Assembly (NCBI GenBank): GCA_964016885.1
Contig: OZ024746.1
Location: 44,640,001-44,704,000 of the forward strand
DNA: 64,000 nt
Direction of reading: 5' to 3'
From: Eledone cirrhosa
Taxonomy: Eukaryota
Of the stretch, positions 1 to 14,880 are shown one piece after another. How positions within the stretch are numbered: position 1 is the stretch's first letter; every line of letters begins with the position of its first letter. The translations under genes and the position numbers were made by a program. Below the pieces are notes generated by a model. That model did not search any database and was not told the origin of the DNA. It worked only from the letters and a program-made list of their open reading frames with translations.

Positions 1-639
1 TATAATATAAAATTTCCTTTAATATCTTAACAATTATAACATTGTTAAGATTCCTATATCTTAAATTAAATTAAAGAATCCTTTATGCTTTGTGTGTATA
101 TATTATATACGTAGTTAGATATGTTATGTATTTTATAAGTGTGTATATATATATTTATATGTATTTTTGCGTGTGTATACGTGTTATATGATATGTAGTT
201 CTCTAGTAATATATGGGTTTCTTAATGTATAGATCCCAATTTTTATTATATTGATCTCAATTTTTAAATGATTAACTAAACATCTAATCATATTTAAACA
301 ATGGTTAATTTCTCACATTATATATGTATATTCCATTCATGATTATTAACATTTCTAATTTTATTTATTCATTTCATCTCAATTGTTAAGTTAACTCAAC
401 AAGATATGACTCAGAGTTTTCGGTCTCTCCCCTTCTCTCTGTCTCCTCTCTCTCTATATATATCTTTCTCTCTCTGTTGTTTTGGTCTCTCTCTCTCTCT
501 CTTTTCTCTCTCTATCTCTCTTTATCTTTTTCTTTCTCTGTAACCCAACGGCTTATTTTATAAATAAAAATATCCAATACTAATAATAATATAATTAAAC
601 AACTCCACTATCCTGGAGCTTCCAACAGTAATAGTTGCA

Positions 640-790
640 TTTTTTAAGGGTATGTCAATATTTATTTATAAAACTGATCTATATTATATTTTGTCTAATG
701 AAAGCACACCATGATTTAACTTGGTGTCCTTGAAATATGTATAATGAAATAAATATGGTTTTATAAATATAGTTTCCATTTGTTAATATC

Positions 791-792
<2 letters not shown>
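640..792 (+). mobile_element. PLE terminal-repeat fragment (family E) with degenerate hammerhead
   Basis: Homologous to 26960-27095 and 29430-29570. Reads tattttgt-CTAATGA-helix II (acacc/ggtgt)-GAAA-TATGTA-TA-atgaaata, with core G5 mutated. Abuts (TA)n. Confidence 0.55.
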
Positions 793-869
<77 letters not shown>

Positions 870-1314
870 GTGTGTGAAAAAATGGGGAGAAGAATACTGC
901 ATGGTTGCACATGGATAACATGTTATAAAATGAGTCCCTCATCAGTGATTTACCAACGGTCACAGGTATTTCATTGCATTAAAAATCATATACCTCACGT
1001 TGGCGCAATAATAACTAAAATAAGTTACTAGGACAATTAAAACGCGTAAAGCGAGTGAGACAAGTAAACAACACAGAGGAAAGCTAACCAAAGATAGGGA
1101 AGACACAAGCTACATAGTTATTCTATCAGTATAAGGTGGGTGAATATATGAGCGAGTAGAAAATAGACCTTTCGAGATGAATCCAATGTAAGAAAGAAGG
1201 AAAATCGTTAACATCGCGAACGGGGTGAAGTGAGAAGGGGAGAAACAGTGAGTGAGTGAGTAGAAGTGTGAGGAAGAGGTCAGTAGAGAGAAAGTGTTAA
1301 CTGACATGACATAC

Positions 1315-1385
<71 letters not shown>

Positions 1386-1513
1386 CGTTAGTCGGTGGTA
1401 ATTTGGTATAGCTGCGGCTCATCAAATGTTTATTTTATACATACCATATTTCTTTTGAAATACGAAATTCCACTACATATCTGTATACAACTGTTACTGA
1501 AGCTAAATTGTAA

Positions 1514-2008
<495 letters not shown>

Positions 2009-2041
2009 TATAATAACTTGTGTGTTACACCTCTATTCTTT

Positions 2042-2089
<48 letters not shown>

Positions 2090-2099
2090 TATTTGGGAA

Positions 2100-3120
2100 A
2101 AGTAAAAAAAAAAAAAAATTACCTATTTACTTTGATGTCTTGATACTAGTTTTGCTGAGTAATTGCAGTTTTTAGCACCGTGAAAAATCTAAGCTCTTTA
2201 AAGATCCCGAAAGTTTGGATGTATCTTTGCACATGAAAACTCGCACATCTGACGAAATTACAAAAAAGTGTTGGACATCATTTTGATTGTACCCGAAGCT
2301 GATCGATATCGAAAAAATTATGATATGTCAACAAAATTTGTACATATGCTGCAACACTGACTTCGATGTTACGTTATCTACTTACACTTCAGATGTCTCA
2401 ACTCTGGAATACAACCCACACAATACGGACATCGTAATATCATTGAGTGCTTCGAGCGGCGCGCCGCCTGTAAATGTAGTTAGATACCTAACACATATAT
2501 ATATATATTTACAGAAATAGATGGGGATAAATGAAAAGTGATGTGTTACTATTTAGCGTAAAATTCTATCTGCATAGGTTGTGATGGTGTAAAGTAACAA
2601 GAAGATTGTGATCGAAGAGACAAGCGTCAAAGGAAGCAATATGCTAACAGTTAAGCTAAGATATTTTCATGCCAGACACGCTCAAATGCCCCTCATGTGT
2701 CAAGTGAAAGGGCATTGTTTCCCACGATTGATTTGAAGAAATTCAGATCACTAGTATATACTACATGATAGTGTATCTACAGTAGATCTCCTCAACAGAT
2801 GTGGATATAATCTGGTACTGAAAGATAGAAAAGATACACATTACAAATGAAATTTGTTAACTATTACAATCACAATTGAGATATTTGATAGCATATTAGA
2901 AGTTTCCTTTGTGAGAATTGTTAAACAATTGTAAAATATTTGCAATTTGATAGATAGATTCCTTAAGTAAGATCACGAACAAAGATAATCAGTGTTTGCG
3001 AAGTCCATCAATTGTAGTGACTTTGGGGGTTTTACTTGCGTATTATCTAAAACTAGATATGTTGAAATGGACGATTGTTTACTTGATATGAGTATTGATT
3101 TTCTTTCCGCATATACACAA
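2100..3120 (-). pseudogene. Decayed Cys-loop (nAChR-like) receptor pseudogene fragment
   Basis: Minus strand 2666-2560 reads KYLSLTVSILLPLTLVSSITIFLLLYTITTYADRIL (M1 and M1-M2 linker-like). Upstream GIYLSNC...QFSQRKLLIC (~2960-2890) resembles IYKSSC plus the Cys-loop. Several stops; boundaries approximate. Confidence 0.4.
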
Positions 3121-3121
3121 T

Positions 3122-3152
<31 letters not shown>

Positions 3153-3385
3153 AGTTATACTATTTATGGTTATGTAAATACAAAACCTTATGCAGTTATA
3201 AGTATTTTACACACAGCCTAAATAGTGGTAGGCAGTAATGTATTACTACCTTATTACCTTACTTCGGCTGAAAAGGAGGTCATATAACTGTCCATGCATT
3301 AATAAATTGCTCCGAAGAATCCAAACCTCGGTTTGGAGGAAACAGCTGTAAGCACAATAATGTTTTGAACAGTTCTTTGATTCTT

Positions 3386-3513
<128 letters not shown>

Positions 3514-3813
3514 TATGTATATATATATTAAATACGCGGAGACATACACATACACATATATAGTTATAATAATACATAATGTATATATATAGTTATTGGG
3601 GCCGTATTGTAGAATATAATTTCATTTTATTTTATCATTCTGTCTGCTTCATGGTTAAATATTTCAAACAAATGTCGGTCTTCAACCCTCGTAATATTAG
3701 ACACACGATTTACTGTGTTTCTTACTACATATATTATTATAATGCTCAGTATTTATACTTTGAGCTTGTTAATTACAGCAGGGTTTCAGTATGAGTTATT
3801 AACTCTAAATTTC

Positions 3814-3868
<55 letters not shown>

Positions 3869-3934
3869 TATATATATACATATATACATACACACGTATA
3901 TCTATCTATATCTATCTATATATATATATATATG

Positions 3935-3981
<47 letters not shown>

Positions 3982-4021
3982 ATTATATATATATATATAT
4001 ATTATATATATATATATATAT

Positions 4022-4053
<32 letters not shown>

Positions 4054-4054
4054 A

Positions 4055-4157
<103 letters not shown>

Positions 4158-4255
4158 CATTATGTGAATGTGTATGTCTCCGCATGTTTAATATATATAT
4201 ATACAAATCTATTTTACTCTTCAAGCAAGTATGTACGTATATATGTGTATATATG

Positions 4256-4351
<96 letters not shown>

Positions 4352-4368
4352 CATATATACACATATAA

Positions 4369-4445
<77 letters not shown>

Positions 4446-4475
4446 AGTGGTTATACAACAGCTAGTTCACCATAC

Positions 4476-4513
4476 CGAGAACAATTGTTTCACCTTAGCG
4501 GATCCTCAGCTCG
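4476..4513 (-). ncRNA. Type I minimal hammerhead ribozyme
   Basis: Reverse complement reads CGAG-CTGAGGA-TCCGCTAAGGT-GAAA-CAATTG-TT-CTCG. Confidence 0.75.
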
Positions 4514-5400
4514 TAATTGACATGTTATACGGAACAGGAAAGACAACCGTACGAACGCGCATGCGCAGAAACGATCACTTCACACAGGCAATACTAAATT
4601 GCGTGCGCGAGGTCTAAGGGAGATAACTGCGAAAGTCCGAAAGTTTCTAGTTGATTATGAAATTAGGATGTTGTTGTAATTCAATCCGGAGCTTTGTAGT
4701 TATGTAAGAGGTGTTTCCAGACGTGTGGACAACGTGTGAAAAAATCATATCTTGTGTTTAGGCAATCACTATTGCGTAATCTCTTTAGAATATTTATTCG
4801 TTCATCAATACATAGTCCACACGACGGATTGCCCCTTGCGTATTGCTTGGACTTAGTGATGGCTTTCCATTGAATGGAGTAGTCTATAATTGAGTCCTTA
4901 AGGGACCATACGTAGCTCGTGAGTTTCGTGGATGAACGACTGTCCGGGTACCTAAAGGTCGACTGGTGGTTGAGGAAGCGTTCCTTAATCGACCCTCCGC
5001 CAGTCGACCTTTAGGTACCCAGACAGAGTATAGACTACTCCATTCAATGGAAAGCCATCACTAAGTCCAAGCCATACGCAAGGGGCAATCCGTCGTGTGG
5101 ACTATGTATTGATGAACGAATAAATATTCTAAAGAGATTACTCAATAGTGATTGCCTAAACACGAAAAATTAATTTTTCACACGTTTCTACACGTCTGGA
5201 AACACCTCTTACATAACTACAAAGTTTCGGATTGAATTACAACATCCTAATTTTCTTATCAACTAGATACTTTCGGACTTTCGCAGTTATCTTTGTTACA
5301 CCTCTCGCACGCAATTTAGTATTGCCTGTGTGAAGTGATCGTTTCTGCGCATGCGCGTTCATACGGTTGGCCTTCCCGTTCCGTATAACCATGTCCATTA

Positions 5401-5438
5401 CGAGCTGAGGATCCGCTAAGGTGAAACAATTGTTCTCG
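5401..5438 (+). ncRNA. Type I minimal hammerhead ribozyme
   Basis: Helix I CGAG/CTCG, core CUGAGGA...GAAA, helix II U-CC-GCUAA-GG-U, palindromic helix III A-CAAUUG-U, GUU triplet. Confidence 0.8.
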
Positions 5439-5839
5439 GTATGGTGAACTAACTCTTGTGTAACAACTTCTACGTAGCTCGTCCCATGGACTGAGTGCTC
5501 TACCACTACGGACATTACCTCCCAGTGTTCTACCACTAAATATATATATATATAAAATATGTATACCCATACGCACTTATATGTATACCCATACACATAC
5601 ACACACACACACATATCTATATTTATACACGCACACATGTTTATACAACCTACCACCTTTCACACCCTTTGAATTCCAGCTTCTACGGCCCACTATCTTT
5701 CACACACACACATTCTCCTATTTCTTACTCACTTCCTACCTCGAGATTTCCCATCTGCATTGTTGTGGCTTTCTAAACTACATATTTTACATATTTCACA
5801 ATGCTTCAAGCAAACTTTAACACCCTCATATATATATAC

Positions 5840-5918
<79 letters not shown>

Positions 5919-6017
5919 TAGGAATTCAGTCCACGCTTTGCTATTTTCTATCCACTGAATTATTTTTTAATAAGTTTCCAGTGTCCACGCTTTGCCTGGA
6001 TACTTAGATGAGAATAG

Positions 6018-6104
6018 ACTTCCCTGACGACGGAATGCTTCTCTGTATCTTCTTCGGAAAATATATTTATTCCATTCCATTCCAGAAACTAATTAGTTGG
6101 AAGT
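6018..6104 (+). ncRNA. Type I hammerhead ribozyme (copy 1)
   Basis: acttcc-CTGACGA-C-GGAAT...ATTCC-A-GAAA-CTAATTAG-TT-ggaagt. Helix III A-CUAAUUAG-U is palindromic. Predicted cut after 6098. Confidence 0.8.
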
Positions 6105-6544
6105 GATATTTTAGTAAGTAAGTTAATTTTATAATTTTCTTATTTTACGTCTCTCATGGTATTGTTCTGCAACCCCATGCATTGAACCACAAAGTTACTA
6201 AGACAAAACCTATATATTTGCTAGCATTGATATGCATCTGTATGTATATATATGTTACTAAATATTAATTCTTTATAATTATCTCCAAATTATTTGTCGA
6301 GCAATATTGGCCATGACTGCTGCTATGGTAGCAGGCAAGCCGCTGTCTTATTAGCAAACCACTTTACACTGATTGACCTCGATGTCACGTGATTGATTCT
6401 TTTTGAATTTGCCACCGACGCAGAGGCAGTGATTTTCTCAATGGCTAGGAATTCAGTCCACGCTTTGCTATTTTCTATCCACTAAATTATTTTTTAATAA
6501 GTTACCAGTGTCCACGCTTTGCCTGGATACTTAGATGAGAATAG

Positions 6545-6626
6545 ACTTCCCTGACGACGGAATGCTTCTCCGTATCTTCTTCGGAAAATATATTTATTCC
6601 ATTCCAGAAACTAATTAGTTGGAAGT
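6545..6626 (+). ncRNA. Type I hammerhead ribozyme (copy 2)
   Basis: Same motif as 6018-6104. Predicted cut after 6620. Confidence 0.8.
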
Positions 6627-6671
6627 GATATTTTAGTAAGTAAGTTAATTTTATAATTTTCTTATTTTACG

Positions 6672-6826
<155 letters not shown>

Positions 6827-7059
6827 AGACAATAGCAAAACAAAACAAATTATGGACACATGCATCCCACCAACAGATACATCATTCGATCCCTTGCATG
6901 CACAAAGAGGCATCACTCAGTGCAGTGACACCTTAATGCGTGACACTGCATTGCCAGCTGTAAGAATGCACTGTCGTTTGTCATATGTAACTCTGCATTC
7001 TTCTCTAATACTGTATTCTTATATATGCACGCCAGCTAGCGCATATATATATATATATA

Positions 7060-7432
7060 GTAATAATAATACATTTTAAGACTAAAATCCAAAGAGGGTT
7101 TGATATGGATAAATATTTATCAAATATATAAGAACCCTAGAGCAAATATTTATTAAAATAACAGATTAAAGTTTAAGCAAAGAATCGCTGCTTTCACCCT
7201 TAACGAGATTCCGTTAAGGGTGAAAGAAGCGATTCTTTAATATGTTATATTAATATATATATATATAGAAAGGCTTCTACAGGACTAGAACTGTTTCATT
7301 CGGGAGAAATCATTGATTTCTCCCGAATCCAGTTCTAGTCCTGTAGAAGATTTTCTATATTAAATATTTATTCTCTGCTTTGTATTGAGTACCTTACTTA
7401 CTGGGGTTACTCCGATTGAACCCGGGACAACT
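7060..7432. repeat. Two short PLE-terminus-like repeats, each ending in a hairpin
   Basis: 7060-7240 matches 14890-15070 (hairpin around 7181-7238). 7265-7430 matches the family at 24203-24334, 38076-38143 and 39838-40030 (hairpin 7275-7348). Confidence 0.65.
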
Positions 7433-7499
7433 TATATATATATATATATATACATACATATACTAACCCAGTTAAACATACACACCCACTATATACACT

Positions 7500-8640
7500 G
7501 ATATATACATATATATTTACAAATGTACACAAAGTGACATGCCTGACTTTATGTCTACTTCGCCATATTTCTCTACATATTACATACGAGTGAAAATGAA
7601 AAAAACTACATCAACAATAACTTAAATTAATTGCCAATAATATTCAGTTAGCACACTAACTATATATATAGTGAAAAGCAAATAAAACTAATAGTTTATT
7701 ATTTGCTGGAAAACACTTCATTGAGTTGAACAGAATCAAAAGTCTAATATGCTACTAGTTCTATTCATTACTGCCGACGAAATATTTTTTGATGCGTAAT
7801 CAGTTGGAAAATCACTAAAGTATGACTAAATAGTATGGATAATCAAATGGAAAATTATATATAAAAGATGAAAAGAAAAGTGCTGTATAATGTTTAAGTA
7901 TAACGTCTCAGGTGTCAAGCTATAAAGGGGCTGCCAAGAATATTAATTACTACAAATCCCTTATTTGTTCAAGATTATGTATTTGCGATTGAGAATTCTA
8001 TCTGATTGATACATAATTCATTTTTTTTGGACGTGACATTTATAAGGAAAGCAGACAAATAAATAAATAAAAGATTTCTTAACATTGAAATCAGAGCTGT
8101 ACTTGAAGATGATGCCAAATGTTATAAGATTGGATTGCTAATATCAAATACGTTCGTCTGCCAATTTGAATTACTAAAAGCTTGTGTTCGTCAGCAATCT
8201 AAAGTAATATATGTTAGAATATTAATTCAGCGAGAAGGAATAGTAAAAGCAGTTGTATGTTAACTGAAGTATTTTAGTTATTGAAGTAAGCCATTCACTT
8301 GGAACATTACTTTGCACATTAATTATTCCCGAAAACTAATCAAAATTGCTTCATGTATTTGGTTAAGTAAAGTTTAATATCACAAATTCAGCTATTGTAT
8401 ATTATGAAATAAGAAAAAACAATTAAGACATAAATAAAATGACTTAATCATTATATATAATCATGACTTAATAATTATATATGATCGTGACTGATCATAT
8501 ATAATTCTATAGTGTAATGGTTTCATTTACGTAAGTCTCTATGTTTCTCAAAAATAGTTCTACATAAAATTTAAAACATTTTAATCACAATCAGGCTCAA
8601 TAATTCATGCTTCTAAAACATCATATATTGTTAAATACCA
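7500..8640 (+). pseudogene. Possible decayed Cys-loop receptor-like pseudogene
   Basis: Ordered motif remnants across frames: ITADEIF (~7770), SYKG/GC (~7920), NPLFVQDYVFAIENS (~7955-8000), SKVIYVRILIQRE (~8200), GTLLCTLIIPEN*SKL (~8300). Weak; boundaries approximate. Confidence 0.3.
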
Positions 8641-8699
8641 GGTTTAGATATATATTTGACACTGTGTTTACAGTTTCGCCCGGTATAATGCATATCAAA

Positions 8700-9900
8700 T
8701 AACACACCGAATAATAATATAAGAATCATTGCTTAGAAACAAAACGTTCCACACTCTGGAGGATGCTTTCTATTCTACGAGATTGAAGACGTGCTGCATA
8801 ATATATTCCATGTTGTTGTCAAGTTCCAAACACGGTTGTTTATTTATATTCCAGATTTCTCCAGCTACATATTACTATATGAAATATTCGATTCTCAGAT
8901 CATGCACATATTTTAATGGAAATTCTTACGATACATTCAAAGATGAGCTATAATTTCTACACATTAAATACATGTTTTTCAGCGTAGATCTAGGATACAT
9001 TATTAGACTGATTAAAGAGGAATTGAGAGATTAAAATTTGGCAGCCAATATATATTATGTTCAGATCTTCATTTATTATGTTATAATTAGGATACTTTGA
9101 CCATTTTAATTTTTTTTTTACAGCTTGCCGCAAATATGTTTATAGTATTATTGATTCTGATATTACTGTGACAGATTTATCTTAATTTAACAAGTCCGCA
9201 TTAGCTCTTATCTATTACTGGAGCAACCCATTTGCATTTGCAATGTAAATGAGAGAGATATGTATCATGTATATTAGTGTGGTAAATGTAATTTCGTATA
9301 AAATCATTATCAAATATAGCGATAAGTAACTAATCAGCTATTTGGTTTCACGGGATAAATTGACTACAAACATTTATTTATTTCTTAATAAATAGCATTA
9401 ACAACAAGTGGAATTCAAATTGGTTCACACACTTGTTTGTTGAAAAATAAACAATTATTTTCAAGAGTACATGATTATCAACATTTTCGTTATTTTCACT
9501 GTCAAATCGTCAAAGGCTATCCACGCTGGATTTTGTTAGTGTAAACGCTTTGAAAATAACATCGAACATATTTCCTTGTATACATTCTTACTACAACGAG
9601 TCTTTACAGATAAATGGCAAAACTCCTTTGCTGGGACACGATTAGTTACAACATTCTGTCTGCAACATATAACTATGAATTCTCTTTTTGGGAAGCAATT
9701 AATAGTATGTCCTTTTTCTCTCAAACATCATGTAAATAATTTCGATTAAAATTTCATATATAAGTCGTTATGGTATTTCTTTTAGCTATATCGATTTTCA
9801 TTTCATTTTGCAAATTTTAATCCAAATATGAACATTTAAACATTTCTACGTTAACCATTTCTACGACAGATAACAAGTCAAAACATTTATTTATAATCCT
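8700..9900 (+). pseudogene. Decayed Cys-loop receptor-like pseudogene
   Basis: KIWQPIYIMFRS at 9033-9068 (cf. IWxPDIxLxNS). ISLYTFLL followed by GKTPLLG at 9616-9636 (cf. M2 and the VPLLG M2-M3 loop). W-to-P spacing of ~195 codons is close to nAChR spacing. Confidence 0.45.
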
Positions 9901-9949
9901 ATATTTTCAACGGAAACAGACAAACTAAACTTGAAATTTAATTTGGATA

Positions 9950-11215
9950 ACTAAATCGACCAAGTGCAAATGTAATTGCGGTAAAGTGTAAAGTGATTAA
10001 TAATAAAGTTTAAAGAATAATAACAGGGTGCTCTGGAATAAGTCTTCCACGAATAGCATTACTGTTTGCTACATACAAAAGTTATTTATCATTTGCCTAC
10101 AGAGTTTGTCTTCACCAAAGCATGTTTAATGAAGTTATTTGAAGCGTTGACTGGAGTAAATACTTTAAAGATTCTCACAATCCGTCTATACGAAAGTCTG
10201 CTAGGAATTACATACACTGTCACATATTAGATTATACTTGCCAATTGGTAAATAATGTTTTGTGTTCTGATTTTATGTTCTTGCTAATTCTCTGCACTTG
10301 GCAAAGGATTATAACTACATACACTAAACTATTCTTCTAGATAGTCAACCTTTGATTATGGGATAAATCTTTCTAATGAATTCCACATTAGAATTCTGTT
10401 TCAACTATCTACACATATTTGTTTCCTGAATGTAAAATATAAAAAGAATATGTATTATGAAAGTAGTAAATAACAAAAGGCACACGATTCTAGTAGAATT
10501 TTAAATTATACAGTATTTAGTTGAAAATGCATTCGCTAAGTATGTTGTAACTATATTTCTACTGTTTTATTTTTCATTTATGTAATGAAGGTCAGTAACA
10601 ATAGTATTTCAAGATTGTGTGTGCTTGAAGCTTACACTAAACCTAAATATAAACGAAATAAAGTGGAAATATATAGTATGGTGTTTTCTTGGTAAGATGC
10701 AGTCAACAGGTCAAAACAAAATAAATGTATGATGGACAGCCAGAGATGCTTCTGAAATATTTGTGCGTAGGTTGTAATATATTGGTGACGGTGTCAGTTA
10801 AATATATTTTCTTTGCTGCTTTCCATGGGCGACTATGTACAATTCTTTCTTTGAAATATATAGAACCCGTGTTTGATAATATAGAACAAGACTATGCTGT
10901 CTTTCTCTCCCTCAACCTTCATACTGCTTGAAATTTCCAATTTTATTGACAGTGTACGTTGAATCTACATCGAATAGAATTTGATTTCTTCCTCTTCTCT
11001 GAAGTACACAATTCTATTTGTTGTTTTAGTTAGATATTTTAGTTAAAGTTATCTAAGTATAAGTGATATTATCGAATTGTGATAATAGTATGGCATCGGG
11101 TTCGTAAATCATAGCATGGCAGTTTGATTTCTATAATAACAACGCATTCTATGAGCAGCAGAGAAAGAATAACTAGAACATTAAAAATCCATAATTGAAC
11201 GAACTCAAAACATTA
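9950..11215 (-). pseudogene. Decayed intronless Cys-loop receptor-like pseudogene
   Basis: In order on the minus strand: hydrophobic leader WIFNVLVILSLLLIEC, YDLRTR, LHLTKKTPYYIFPLYF (10702-10655; pre-M1), NRVPFVIYYF (10489-10460; M2-M3 loop, ~65 codons later), YSWKTYSRA (10055-10029; pre-M4) and a hydrophobic tail. Span ~1.26 kb, about one subunit. Confidence 0.5.
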
Positions 11216-12078
11216 TTTAACATTTAGTGAGGTTCGAATAATTGAAGCTATGTTCAGCCTAGAAATAGCAAGGCAATTATTGTTAATTCCTAGTTCTAAT
11301 TAAAGGAGGAAAAGATATAGAATTGGACGTGCGTTGTCATTGGGTGTGTGCTTTAGAGCGAAAACCTGAAAGTTTATCTTTTTATTTTTTAATATTTGTT
11401 GCGTTAACAAAGCTCTATACTTACGACTAATGCTCAATGTGTGAGATTTAAGGACTGATTTCAATACATTTGCGGCATTAATGAAGTGGGTAAAATCCAA
11501 TGAATGATACTAGATACGAACATAAACGAAAATCATCTAGGTATTAAAATATTTGCTATATACTATTTACTTTTAGTATGAAACCCACCTAGAAAATTGT
11601 CAAGAAAAGTTTATTCAAAATGAGAAGCTTACCAGTAGATGTAGAATTCAAATAAATGCAACGTCTGAATGTTTAAAGCTAATATCTTCTCAGGAAGTAC
11701 CACTACTATTGCTATCTTACGAAAATAAATATTTTTTCATCAATTTGTTCGATTATAACCTTGTTAAATTTACCTCACCTTGTACATTTTTCTCTCCATT
11801 TGATATCCTAAGGCAGGACGTGATTTTCATCTCCGACAACGACTAAAACTATCTTTCCTTGTATTACATATATATTTAGCTTTTCTTGAAAACATAAGCT
11901 CCAGGCTCATGAATTCCCTGATCGCAAAATTTTAACTATATTGGTTCTATAATTATTTCTGTATACCGTATGCTGTTCAGTCTATTATCATAATATACGC
12001 ATGCACAAACAGACGTTTCTCAATGTATTTTTCGCACTCTACCTTCCCCCCTGTTTGTCTGTCTGTCACTCACTATCT

Positions 12079-12109
<31 letters not shown>

Positions 12110-12723
12110 ATATGTGTGTGGTGAATAAACACAGAGCATATATCGCACTTTTTATATAGATAATTTCATGAAATACGAGTATTATATACCGCTGATCACA
12201 GTGGGTTTCTAGACTATCGCAAAACAGGTAATTACTAAAGTGTCAACACAATTAATGTCCAAAATGACAAATCAGAATTTTTTCAAGAACTATTTCATCA
12301 ACAGTACCCATATCATATACAGAAAGGGGATAGGTGTATGTCATAGGATGTTGCAATTATCTATGACATTTACTCAATTTGGTATATGTTAGCAGTAGAT
12401 AGACGCCATATCCAATCAGCTAAATGTTTGATATAATTCTTAGTTAATTACTGTACTACAGTATATATATGTATAGGTTATTTTACTTGAATATATCTGC
12501 TGAGAATTCCCTATTATCTTGTATACGTTACCTTCAATAACAATCAGCTATTCTTAGAAACATGACACAAAGTAATTAAAACACCCGTTAAACATCTTGA
12601 CCTTATGCACATATATATATATTAAAATAACAGATTAAAGTTGAAAAAATTCTAATTTAGTCCAGAAATAGCCGTCGAAACGGCTTGAGCTCTGCCGTCG
12701 GGGTCATACTTTTTCCTATATAC

Positions 12724-12766
<43 letters not shown>

Positions 12767-12971
12767 TATACGTTTTGTTTCTCTCCAGCCACCCTTTTTT
12801 ATCCCAATAACTTATTTTAGTTATTGCTGGCACTACGTTGAGGTATATTGTCTCTAACGCGAAGCGAAGAAATATATATGATTCCTAGTAGACAACTGAT
12901 GATGAATATTACCCTCTTTCGCCTGTAACTTTTTATTTTTATTATCCTTAAATGCAACCACACAGCCCGCC

Positions 12972-13014
<43 letters not shown>

Positions 13015-13212
13015 GTAGTAATATTAATAAATGTGAAGACTAATATCCGAAGGGTTGAAACAGCGATTCTTTGCTTAAACTTTAATCTGCTATTTTAATA
13101 TATATATAGGCATAAGGTGAAACAATTGTTCTCGGTATGGTGAACTAACTGGTTTCCGCTTATATCGCAACAAAACATCGTAAATCATATACGACTCGAT
13201 CCTTAGTAGAAC

Positions 13213-13328
13213 AGCCGTGGCTGAGTGCGTAGCGGATAGGATGTACAATCGTGAGGTTGTGAGTTGGATTCCTGGACCGGTTGATGCGTTAAGTTCTTGA
13301 GCAAGACACTTTATTTCACGTTGCTCCT
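13213..13328 (+). mobile_element. tRNA-derived SINE 5' part
   Basis: A-box-like gtggctgagtg, B-box-like gagttggattcc, then the conserved cttgagcaagacactttatttcac body. Confidence 0.6.
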
Positions 13329-13449
13329 TCTTCCTGGAGTTGCGACCGATAGATAGTATTAGCAATTGGAAAGACCAATGGACGCATTGTTTCCTCGGTC
13401 CGAGTTGACGAAAGTCAATCGATATATATATCGCTTTAAATCTTTCGCT

Positions 13450-13550
<101 letters not shown>

Positions 13551-14302
13551 GTATATATATAGAGAGAGCGAAAGATTCAAAGAGATTTAATATATTTACG
13601 ATCGTTTTGATAGACTACCAAGAATATTCCATTCCTGTTTGAATAACTACCCAGTACCCAAAGTATAAATATAAATAAATACTTTACATATTCTAAAACC
13701 CCAGTGAAAGTATAGAACGCAAAACGTAATCAACAGCATTCAATTTCTGAAGGGAAAGTTGTAAACAAATCACGAAAGCCTAAAACCAAAAATAAAAAAT
13801 TAAAATAAAGTTCTCTTTTGCGAATTACATTATTTCGGTACAACATACACTAAATAGATCTAGAGGCATGGAAATATAACTTATAAATGCTATTACACTC
13901 AGTAAGTGACGTTACTATATTAATATTAATAGAATAAACTAATACGACATTAAAGATTTATGGACGCATACAACAGTAATACATATATCTTTAAAATAGT
14001 GACAGTTTAGTGATTAAGAAATGTATAACAACATACGATGTGGTTGCAGAGGAGATAAAGCACTTTCAGAATAAAACTGTGATTATAGGGTAGTATTCGT
14101 TTAAGAATAATAAGAGAAAAAGGAGAATAAAAAGAAACTTCCTAGAGCTATTATGCATGTATATGTGTGCTTAAGTTCGGATGCATGCTTAGATCCACAC
14201 ATATACATACACATACATATACATACACATATACTCACACAGACAGACAGATGCACAAACACAAACAGATGCACAAAAATATACATACATATATGTATAT
14301 AT

Positions 14303-14880
14303 ATTGTTATGATTTGGGAAGGTCATGTTGCCAATAAGAAACACACGCACCAGTTTCTTTCGCTTCAATTTATTATAAATTAAATTTAGGAATTTAGGAA
14401 TTTATAAATTTCTTTTTGGTTGGTTGGTTCCACAACCAGGCGATATTCATATATTGTCAAAGTTATTTCGTCACACCTTCTGTGACCTCTTCAGTGACTG
14501 GGGATTCTTTTCTTTGTTTTTGTGCCTCTCCTTTGTTCTGTTCTACGCCATCTTGTTTTTAAAAACAAGATGACGTAGGACAGAACAAAGGAGAGGCACA
14601 AAAACAAAGAAAATAATCCCCAGTCACTGAAGAGGTCACAGAAGGTGTGACGAAAGAACTTTGACAATATATGAACAATCGCCTGGTTGTGGAGCCAACC
14701 AACCGGAAATTTATAAATTCCTAAATTTATAAATTTAATTTATAATAAATTGAAGTGAAAGCAACTGGTGCGTGTGTTTCTTATTGGCAACATGACCCTC
14801 CCAAAGCATAACAATATCAGTTTCAACACACGTTTTCAGTTAAAGAATCTTGCTAAACAAATTCAGAAACGAAATATGTA
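14303..14880. mobile_element. Fold-back of a PLE 3' terminal repeat with hammerheads
   Basis: Palindrome centred near 14560. Arms are homologous to the 3' UTR that follows the GIY-YIG ORF at 60065-60370. Confidence 0.85.
14623..14665 (+). ncRNA. Hammerhead ribozyme-like motif
   Basis: gtca-CTGAAGA-G-GTCACA/TGTGAC-GAAA-GAAC-TT-tgac. Mirror copy at 14456-14498(-). Confidence 0.65.

Larger units (their letters stand above)
4447..5540. mobile_element. Fold-back element with a hammerhead in each arm (PLE terminal-repeat derived)
   Basis: The ~540 bp arms are reverse complements centred near 4985, with one internal deletion. HHRs at 4476-4513(-) and 5401-5438(+). Flanked by (TA)n/(AG)n. Related copies at 13113-13150 and 20177-20413. 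Confidence 0.85.
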